The notes under the pieces were generated by a model that was given only the letters and a program-made list of their open reading frames with translations, made no database searches and was not told the DNA's origin. Of a stretch of 64,000 nucleotides of DNA, positions 57,158 through 64,000 are shown one piece after another; the stretch's first letter is position 1; the number at the start of each line of letters is the position of its first letter. The stretch lies in the NCBI GenBank assembly GCA_963723675.1, contig CAVRRW010000007.1, positions 134,527 through 198,526 of the forward strand. Reading direction: 5' to 3'. Both the position numbers and the translations under genes were made by a program. Origin of the DNA: an uncultured Solirubrobacterales bacterium. Its GTDB lineage: Bacteria > Actinomycetota > Thermoleophilia > Solirubrobacterales > Solirubrobacteraceae.

Positions 57158-58855
57158 ATGGAAGCCAGTCGGAGCGAGGTCGCGCGCTTCCTGGCCCTGC
57201 GTCCTCCGTTTGACGCGCTCGCGCCGGAGGAGCTCGGGGAGGTCGTGGCCGACACGCAGCTCGAATTCCACGCGTCCGGCGACGTGATCCTCTCCGAGGA
57301 GGGCGGCCCCGTCACGTTCCTGCGCGTGATCCACAGCGGCGCCGTCGACATCGTCCACGACGGACGGCTGCTCGACATGCTCGGTGCCGGTGACACGTTC
57401 GGCCACGCCGCGATGCTGTCCGGCTTGCCTCCAGGCTTCGAGGCACGCGCGGCCGAGGACACGCTCTGCTACCGGATCGGCGCTGCGGTCGCGCGGCCGC
57501 TCCTCGAGCGCGCCAGGAGCCGCGAGCTGCGGGTGGGCGCCCAGGAGCCCGCTCACCAGCCGGTGGCGAGCCTGATCCGCGCGCCGACTATCCGCTGCGA
57601 GCCGATGACGAGCATCCGCGAGGTCGCCCGTCAGATGACGCGGCTCGGAGCCAACGCAGCGGTAGTGGACCTTCGCGGCGGCGGCTTCGGGATCGTCACT
57701 GACCGCGACATCCGCACCCGGATCGTCGCCGCCGGGGTGCCCCTGAGCGCGCCGGTGGCGGGCGTGATGACCTCGCCCGCCTATCTCGTGGAGCCCGGGC
57801 GGCTCGGTGGCGAGGTGCTATTTGAGATGCTCGAACGGGGGATCCGACACGCGCCCGTCGTCAACGAGCGCGGCGAGCTGGTCGGAGTCGTCGAAGACGT
57901 CGACCTGTTCGGAGTGCAGCCACGATCGTGGTTCGGCGCGCGCCGCTCGATCGCTCGCGCTCAGAGCGTCGAGTCGCTGTCCACGGTCGCGGCGCGCCTC
58001 CCGAAGATCGTCGCCGATCTGCACGCCTCCAATCTGCGCGCGCTCGAGGTCGCGCGGGTGCTGTCGGCGCTCGTCGACGCGCTCACCGTGCGCGCGATCG
58101 AGCTCGCCGCGCCGGCGCGGCAACTGCCCGCCGACGGGCTCGTCTGGGTCGCGGTCGGCAGCCAGGCCCGCCGCGAGCTCACGCCGGCGTCGAGCGCGCG
58201 GGGAGCGGTCGTCTGCAGCGAGCCGCCCCCGGAGGGATGGCTCCGGTCGGTGTCCCAGGCGCTTGCCGGCTGCGGGCTGACCGACCACGTGGTCGCGCGC
58301 ACGCCGAGCCAATGGGTGCAGACCGGCAGCGACGACGAACTGTCGTTGACCGTGCTCGTCGAGCGCCGGCCGCTGTGGGGGACGCCCCGGGACCCGCTGC
58401 CGGTCGCCGACGGCGCCGCGCGCGAACGGGTGCTCGCCGCGCTCGCCGCGCGCGCGCTCGCCTACAGCCCGCCGACCGGCTTCGACGCCGATCGCGTGCT
58501 CGAGCTCGACGGCACCCGCAGCGACTGTCTCGACATCCGGCGTGCCGCCGTGATCCCGATCGTGGAGCTGGCGCGATGGGCGGGCGCCGCCGCCGGGGTC
58601 GTGGAGGGCTCGACCGCGGATCGCCTGCAGTCGGCCGGCGCCGCCGGCGTGCTGGAGGGGGGCGACGCGCAGACGCTGGCCGACGCCTTCGAGCTCGCAC
58701 TCGAGCTGCGGATCGACCACCACATGCAGCAGCTTGCGCGGGGCGCCGCGCCGGACGACCGGATAGAGACTGCTGCGATCAGCGCCCTGACCCGCGACTA
58801 CCTGCGCGACGTGTTCCGGGCGGTCACCGCCGTGCAGCGGAAGCTCCGTACGTGA
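57158..58855 (+). CDS. cNMP-binding/CBS/DUF294 nucleotidyltransferase-like signal protein
   Basis: cNMP domain (HSGAVDI, GDTFG), CBS pair (GIVTDRDIR, IRHAPVV), DUF294 region GSQARRE, C-terminal LDIRR..VIPIVELAR. Confidence 0.85.
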   Translation: MEASRSEVARFLALRPPFDALAPEELGEVVADTQLEFHASGDVILSEEGGPVTFLRVIHSGAVDIVHDGRLLDMLGAGDTFGHAAMLSGLPPGFEARAAEDTLCYRIGAAVARPLLERARSRELRVGAQEPAHQPVASLIRAPTIRCEPMTSIREVARQMTRLGANAAVVDLRGGGFGIVTDRDIRTRIVAAGVPLSAPVAGVMTSPAYLVEPGRLGGEVLFEMLERGIRHAPVVNERGELVGVVEDVDLFGVQPRSWFGARRSIARAQSVESLSTVAARLPKIVADLHASNLRALEVARVLSALVDALTVRAIELAAPARQLPADGLVWVAVGSQARRELTPASSARGAVVCSEPPPEGWLRSVSQALAGCGLTDHVVARTPSQWVQTGSDDELSLTVLVERRPLWGTPRDPLPVADGAARERVLAALAARALAYSPPTGFDADRVLELDGTRSDCLDIRRAAVIPIVELARWAGAAAGVVEGSTADRLQSAGAAGVLEGGDAQTLADAFELALELRIDHHMQQLARGAAPDDRIETAAISALTRDYLRDVFRAVTAVQRKLRT

Positions 58856-59532
58856 GGCTGCGGGCACGGCGCGAGGGCGGGGCCGCCGTATTCGCCGAAG
58901 CGGGCCGCCCGCGAGGGCGGACCCCGTGGCGGCAGGCCCGCTGGTGCGCGCTAGATCTCGAGCTGACCGGTCTGGACCCGGACAGCGACGACATCATCGC
59001 GATCGGCGCGGTGCCGATCGAGGACGGGCGCGTGATCCTGGGCGAGAGCCGCTACACGCTGGTGCGCACCTCCAAGCGCTCCGAGCACGACGCCGTGCTC
59101 ATGCACAAGCTCCGCGTCGCCGACCTCGCCGAGGCTCCCCCGCTCGAGCGCGCGGTGGCGCTGGTGCTGGACCTGCTGACCGGACGGGTGCCCGTATTCC
59201 ACACGGAGGCCGTGGAGCGGAGCTTCCTCGGCCCGCTGTTCGCCCGGCAACACGTTCGCCTGCCGGCGGCCGCGGACACGGAGGCGCTCGGCCGGCTGCT
59301 GCTGCGCCGGCGCGATGGTCAGGCGCCGGCGCGCCTGCCGCTGGCGCGGCTGACCGGCCTGCTCAACCAGTCGGGCGAGGCGCCTCATCACGCGCTCGCC
59401 GACGCGCTGACCACCGCCCAGGCGTTCATCGCGCTGGCCAGCCTGCTCGAGGCATTCGAGCCCCAGACGGTGGGGTCGCTGACGGGCGCCGCGCAGCGGC
59501 TGGGCGGCGGCCGCCGCTTCGGGCCGCTGTAG
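58852..59532 (+). CDS. DEDDh 3'-5' exonuclease (PolC/epsilon-like, DUF294 partner)
   Basis: ALDLELTGLDP..DDIIAIG, FHTEAVERSFL, HHALADA; GTG overlaps the upstream stop. Confidence 0.85.
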   Translation: MRLRARREGGAAVFAEAGRPRGRTPWRQARWCALDLELTGLDPDSDDIIAIGAVPIEDGRVILGESRYTLVRTSKRSEHDAVLMHKLRVADLAEAPPLERAVALVLDLLTGRVPVFHTEAVERSFLGPLFARQHVRLPAAADTEALGRLLLRRRDGQAPARLPLARLTGLLNQSGEAPHHALADALTTAQAFIALASLLEAFEPQTVGSLTGAAQRLGGGRRFGPL

Positions 59533-59556
59533 ACGGTGGCCCGGTGGTCCCGGTGC

Positions 59557-59620
59557 GAGCCCGCCCGAGCCCGCCGGAGGCCGCCCGAGCCCGCCGGAGC
59601 CCGCCCGAGCCCGCCCGAGC
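59557..59620. repeat. 10-bp microsatellite (GAGCCCGCCC) x about 6, between convergent genes
   Basis: Read directly. Confidence 0.85.
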
Positions 59621-59626
59621 GTCAGC

Positions 59627-61018
59627 TCAGAACAGCTGCAGGTACCGGTCGAGCTCCCACTGCGTGATCTGCTCGTGGGCCGCCTGCCACTCGCCGCGCT
59701 TGACCTTGACGAAGTAATCGAGATAGTCCCCGTCGGGGGTCTTGCCGAGCGCGGCGCGCAGCACGTCGTCGCGCTCCAGCTCCCGGGTCGCGTCGAGCAG
59801 GTTGGCCGGGAGCAGGTCGATCCCCTGCGAGGCGCGTAGCTCGTCGCTGAGCTCGTACAGGTTGGCGGAGTTTGGCTCGCCGGCGTCGAGCTCGCGCTCG
59901 ATCCCGTCAAGGCCGGCGGCGAGCATCGCCGTCGCCGCCAGATAGGGATTGCAGGAGCCGTCGACGGTGCGGTCCTCGATCCGCCCGGCGGCGGGGATCC
60001 GCAGCATCTGCGTGCGGTTGTTGTAGCCGTAGCTGATGTACACCGGCGCCCACGTGGCGCCGCTGGTGGGCGCGCCCACCACCAGGCGCTTGTACGAGTT
60101 GACGGTCGGCGCGGTCACCGCGATGTAGGCCTTCGCGTGAGCCTTGAGCCCGCCGATGAAGCTGTAGGCGAGCGCCGTCAACCCGAGCCCCCGGGGGTCG
60201 TCGGATGGATCGCACTCGAACAGGTTCTCGCCGTCGCGCCAGAGGCTGAAGTGGAAGTGACAGCCGTTCCCGGTCAGATGCGCAAACGGCTTGGGCATGA
60301 ACGTCGCGATCAGCCCGCGCTCCTGAGCCAGCGACTCGACCATGTAGCGGAAGAACACCGCCCGGTCACACGTCGTCAGCGCGTCGTCGAACTGGAAGTT
60401 CTGTTCGAACTGGCCGTTGGCGTCCTCGTGATCGGTCGCGTAGTTGTCCCAGCCGAGCGAGGTCACCGCCTGCGCCACGCTCGAGACGAAGTCGAGGTTG
60501 CGCGTCAGTGCGCGCATGTCGTAGCAGGGCTGGTCGAGCGTGTCGAGCTCGTCGGCGGGCTCGATCCCGCCGTCCTCCCTGCGCCGCAGCAGGAAGTATT
60601 CGAGCTCGGCGCCCATCCGCGGCTCGTAGCCGAGCTTCTTCGCCCGCTGCAGGGCGTTGCGGAGGATCGTGCGCGGGCAGAACGGCCATGGCTGACCCTC
60701 CACGGTCACGTCGCAGGCAAGGCGCGCGACGTTGGGCTTCCACGGCAGCACCGTCAGGCTGCGCGGATCGGGGATCGCGATCATGTCGGGGTCATGCGGC
60801 CCCTGGCCGATGTCGCCCGCGGCGAAGCCGGCAAAGCCGGCGCCCTCGGTCAGCAGGTCGTCGAGGTGGTGGGCGGGCACCAGCTTGGCGCTGGGCTTGC
60901 CGTGCATGTCGACGAACTGCGCGAATAGAAACTCGATGCCGCCTTCGCTGACGACCTTGCGAACCTGATCGGCGCCGCTGTCCGGCTTGGTGTCTTGTCC
61001 CTGCTCGGTTGTGGCCAT
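59627..61018 (-). CDS. glnT: Type III glutamine synthetase-like / gamma-glutamylmethylamide synthetase-like enzyme
   Basis: AQFVDMHGKPSAKLVP, GAGFAGFA, GAELEYFL, DHEDANGQFEQN, FMPKPF, GNGCHFH, NSYKRL, NNRTQMLRIP, RIEDR..DGSCNPYL. Confidence 0.85.
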   Translation of the reverse strand: MATTEQGQDTKPDSGADQVRKVVSEGGIEFLFAQFVDMHGKPSAKLVPAHHLDDLLTEGAGFAGFAAGDIGQGPHDPDMIAIPDPRSLTVLPWKPNVARLACDVTVEGQPWPFCPRTILRNALQRAKKLGYEPRMGAELEYFLLRRREDGGIEPADELDTLDQPCYDMRALTRNLDFVSSVAQAVTSLGWDNYATDHEDANGQFEQNFQFDDALTTCDRAVFFRYMVESLAQERGLIATFMPKPFAHLTGNGCHFHFSLWRDGENLFECDPSDDPRGLGLTALAYSFIGGLKAHAKAYIAVTAPTVNSYKRLVVGAPTSGATWAPVYISYGYNNRTQMLRIPAAGRIEDRTVDGSCNPYLAATAMLAAGLDGIERELDAGEPNSANLYELSDELRASQGIDLLPANLLDATRELERDDVLRAALGKTPDGDYLDYFVKVKRGEWQAAHEQITQWELDRYLQLF

Positions 61019-61108
61019 GGTGCGATGTATATAGCTCCCGGTCGGTGTCGGACAATGGCTGCGAGCACCCGTTGGCGGCCACTAGCATGTGCTTCGCGCA
61101 CATAGGAG

Positions 61109-62902
61109 GTGGTGCCGGAAGTGTCACTAAGCGCCGATCCGGCGGTGTCGCAGGGCTCGCAGCTGCGAGCTTTGCGCGAAGAGAACCAGACGCTCTACAG
61201 CGTGATCAGGCTCGTCTCCTCGTCGGTGGAGATGGCGCCGATGCTCCAGGGCGTGGTCGATCTCGCGACCGACGCGACCGGCTGCCACGCCTGCTTCATC
61301 TACCTGCTCGAGGGCGATCGGCTGACGATTCGCGCCGCCTCGCCGGTGTTCGCCGACGCCGTCGGCAACGTGCAGATGGGGCTCGACGAGGGCCTCACCG
61401 GCTGGGTGGCGCGCCACCGCACTCCCGAGTTCATCCGCGACCGGGCGATGCACGACCCGCGGATGAAGTACATCCCGCTGCTTGAAGAGGAGCGCTTCCA
61501 GTCGATGGTCGCGGTCCCGATCCTGGCGCGCGCGGGAGACACGATCGGCGTGATCGTCCTGCACACCCGAGCGCCGCACGAGTTCACCGAGGACACGCTG
61601 AAGCTGCTCGTGCACATCGCGTCGCTGGTCAGCGGCGCGATCGAGAACGCCCAGCTGTATGACCAGCAGCGCCGGCGCGTCGACACCCTGACCCAGCTGT
61701 CGCGGCTCGCCCAGGAGGTCGCCGCGGCCACCGACGCCACCGACCTCGGCCGGGTCGTGGTGACCGAGACCGGCCGGTTGCTGGGCGCCGAGATCTGCCA
61801 GCTGTACCGCCTGCAGGCCGACAACGGCGGCCTGCAGCTGCTGTCCTCCGCGCCCGAGGTGCAGCCGCCCGCGACGGCGGTGTCCGCCACCGGGGTGCTG
61901 CTCGCGGCGCTGGATGGCGGCGCCGCCCGTCCGCCCGCCCGGAGCCTGTGGCCGGAGCTCGACGTCGGCGATCTGCTGGTCGCGCCGCTGACCGCGGGCG
62001 GCGAGCGGATCGGGTTGCTGTGCGCGGCCGCGCCGGCGCGGCGTCCGTTCAGCGGCGAGGACACCGAGGTGGCGCGCGCGGTGGCGCACCTTGCGGCGAT
62101 CGCGATCAAGCGCGCCGAGCTGATCGAGGGGCTGACCAACGCGAGCATCGTCAAGGACCTGTTCGAGGCGCTCGCCGCGGGCGCCACCACCTTCGCCGCT
62201 GCCAAGGCGGCCGAGGTGCGGTGCGACCTGACCGGCTCCTACGCGATGGTGTGCGCCGAACCGGCGGGCGGCCGCGAGCAGGCCTCGAGCGACTGGCGGA
62301 CTTCGGCGGAGGCGGTCGGGCGCGGCCTGGCGGCCCTGGCACCGGACGCCGCGATCGACGCCGGCCCGGGTCCGCTCCGCGCGCTGCTCGCGCTGGGGGC
62401 GCGGCGCGAGCAGCGGATCGAGCAACTGCTGCGGGCGTGCCGGGAGCTGGGGGAGCAGGGGCGCGCCGCGATCGGGGTCAGCGAGATCCACGAGGGGCCA
62501 TCCGATGCGACCCGGGCCTACCGCGAGGCGCTGGACGCGGCCACGATCGGGCGGGCGCTGCTGGGCGAGGGAGGCGCAATCGCCTACGCCCAGGTCGGCG
62601 CCTACCGCTACCTCGTGCACATCGCCGCCGAGGATGCTCCCCACGATCGCATGCGTGCGGCGGTCGATCGGCTGATCGACTACGACCGCCGGCGGCGCAC
62701 CGCGCTGTTGGACACGCTCGAGCGCTACCTGGCCGAGCGTCGCAGCGTGATCGAAAGCGCCCGCGCCCTGTTCATCCACCCCAACACGCTGCGCCAACGG
62801 CTGGGGCGGATCGAGGAGCTCACCGGCCTGGCGCTGGACGAGGACGACCTGCTCTCGCTCGAGCTGGCGATCAAGCTCGCCCGCCTGCACGGGCGGCCCT
62901 AG
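61109..62902 (+). CDS. GAF-containing PucR/CdaR-family transcriptional regulator
   Basis: Two GAF-like regions; C-terminal LLDTLERYL, ARALFIHPNTLRQRLGRIEELTG. Confidence 0.88.
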   Translation: MVPEVSLSADPAVSQGSQLRALREENQTLYSVIRLVSSSVEMAPMLQGVVDLATDATGCHACFIYLLEGDRLTIRAASPVFADAVGNVQMGLDEGLTGWVARHRTPEFIRDRAMHDPRMKYIPLLEEERFQSMVAVPILARAGDTIGVIVLHTRAPHEFTEDTLKLLVHIASLVSGAIENAQLYDQQRRRVDTLTQLSRLAQEVAAATDATDLGRVVVTETGRLLGAEICQLYRLQADNGGLQLLSSAPEVQPPATAVSATGVLLAALDGGAARPPARSLWPELDVGDLLVAPLTAGGERIGLLCAAAPARRPFSGEDTEVARAVAHLAAIAIKRAELIEGLTNASIVKDLFEALAAGATTFAAAKAAEVRCDLTGSYAMVCAEPAGGREQASSDWRTSAEAVGRGLAALAPDAAIDAGPGPLRALLALGARREQRIEQLLRACRELGEQGRAAIGVSEIHEGPSDATRAYREALDAATIGRALLGEGGAIAYAQVGAYRYLVHIAAEDAPHDRMRAAVDRLIDYDRRRRTALLDTLERYLAERRSVIESARALFIHPNTLRQRLGRIEELTGLALDEDDLLSLELAIKLARLHGRP

Positions 62903-62953
62903 GCCTGCTGGTCTTGCCCCAGGCCCGGGGCCGGGGTCACGGCAAGGCGGCCG

Positions 62954-63445
62954 CTACTCCCGCTCGACGACCAGGAACACGGGCACCTTCGCCTTGCGCC
63001 GCACCCGCTGCGGCTCCTGGGACCACAGCATGTCGCCGACGAACCGGTTGCGATCCGGATCGGCCCCCATCACGATCGCGTCGCACGCCTCGCGTTTTGC
63101 CTCTTCGATGATCTTCTTGGTGGCCTTGCGCGTGCCGAGCACGTGGCCCTCGGCCTCGAGCCCCTTGCGCCGCAGGCGCTTTACCGCCTGGGCCACGAGG
63201 TCGCGCTGCTCCTTCCACTCCTGCCGGGTGGGGAGCAGCCCCGGGACCGGCAGTCCAAACGAAGTGCCGTGGACGCGGGCGATCGAGAACACGTGGACGC
63301 TGGCCTTGCCTCCGGCGAGCTCCAGCACGCACTCGATCGCCCTGTCCGGGATCTGCCGCCCCTCAGACGCAAGCAGGATTCGCTGCAACCGCTGGGTTTC
63401 AATGCTCGACTGCGGATCGCGCACCGCCACCGCCATCGGGCTCAT
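62954..63445 (-). CDS. Universal stress protein-like
   Basis: RILLASEG, IIEEAKREACDAIVMGA, VPVFLVV; ATG 63445 overlaps the permease stop. Confidence 0.75.
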   Translation of the reverse strand: MSPMAVAVRDPQSSIETQRLQRILLASEGRQIPDRAIECVLELAGGKASVHVFSIARVHGTSFGLPVPGLLPTRQEWKEQRDLVAQAVKRLRRKGLEAEGHVLGTRKATKKIIEEAKREACDAIVMGADPDRNRFVGDMLWSQEPQRVRRKAKVPVFLVVERE

Positions 63446-64000
63446 GGGCCGGCGCCCTCGCTCGTCGCCGCGGTCATCGGCGCCGACGGCGCCGCGGTCG
63501 CCGGTGGCTCGGCCTCGGGGTGTCGTTTGTCCTCGATCAGCTTGCGATACCCGTAGAAGAGCACGTACGAGAGGACCGTGGCGATCCCGATGAAGTAGTA
63601 GGGCAGCGTCTTGCGTCCTGCCGCATTGCACGCGCACGAAGCGTACGTCGGGCCGCCGTAGAAGTAGATGATCAGGTAGACCCCCGCGATCACCAGCGCC
63701 ACGTACTTCATCCACTCGGGCAGCTTGAACGGGCGCCGCACGTTGGGGCGGTGCTTGCGCAGCAGGTAGTAGCCGATCAGCACCGGGATGAACGACGCCA
63801 GGTAGCCGACGTTGGAGAACGTGTAGATCTCGACGGCGCCGCCCATGAACACCACCGCGATCGAGCAGGCCACGTTAAACCACATCGAGCGGTTGGGCAC
63901 CCCGTGCTTGTTGACCTTCTGGAAGAAGCGCGGGAACTGGCCGTCGGTCGACATCTGGTGCAGCGAGCGCGCGGTTCCGGTGATCGCGTTCAGCGCCGAC
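63442..64000 (-). CDS. APC-family amino acid/amine permease (5' part outside the window)
   Basis: GQFPRFFQKVNKHGVP, several TM helices, RPFKLP. Confidence 0.85.
   Translation of the reverse strand, partial: SALNAITGTARSLHQMSTDGQFPRFFQKVNKHGVPNRSMWFNVACSIAVVFMGGAVEIYTFSNVGYLASFIPVLIGYYLLRKHRPNVRRPFKLPEWMKYVALVIAGVYLIIYFYGGPTYASCACNAAGRKTLPYYFIGIATVLSYVLFYGYRKLIEDKRHPEAEPPATAAPSAPMTAATSEGAGP

Overview
Very GC-rich actinobacterial chromosomal DNA. Gene styles suggest Thermoleophilia/Solirubrobacterales, but that is inference. I found no rRNA, tRNA, CRISPR array or intact mobile element. The centrepiece (19.3-32.0 kb) is a form I aerobic [MoCu] carbon monoxide dehydrogenase locus: coxM-coxS-coxL (active-site loop AYRCSFR), coxD, coxE, coxG, two XdhC/CoxF proteins and a MocA-like transferase. 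It carries unusual extras. Five tandem, mostly translationally coupled, paralog-like single-TM/helical proteins lie directly ahead of coxM. CoxG has no membrane anchor. The cluster also encodes a YceI isoprenoid-binding protein, a stand-alone degenerate copy of an internal CoxL domain and two small Cys-rich proteins. Together these suggest an undescribed membrane-coupling/quinone-relay and assembly apparatus for CO oxidation (hypothesis). The rest of the window holds a hut operon (hutU-hutI-M20 hydrolase-hutF), a type III GS/GmaS-like gene with a GAF-PucR regulator, a DUF294-exonuclease pair, a GAF two-component system, a MarR-FabH-reductase unit, DNA repair genes (UvrD-like, Ogt, Fpg), many oxidoreductases and regulators, and several decayed genes. 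Non-coding features include a dispersed 60-bp-period REP-like palindrome at two loci, repeated tandem duplications centred on stop/start junctions, and several readable operators and promoters.
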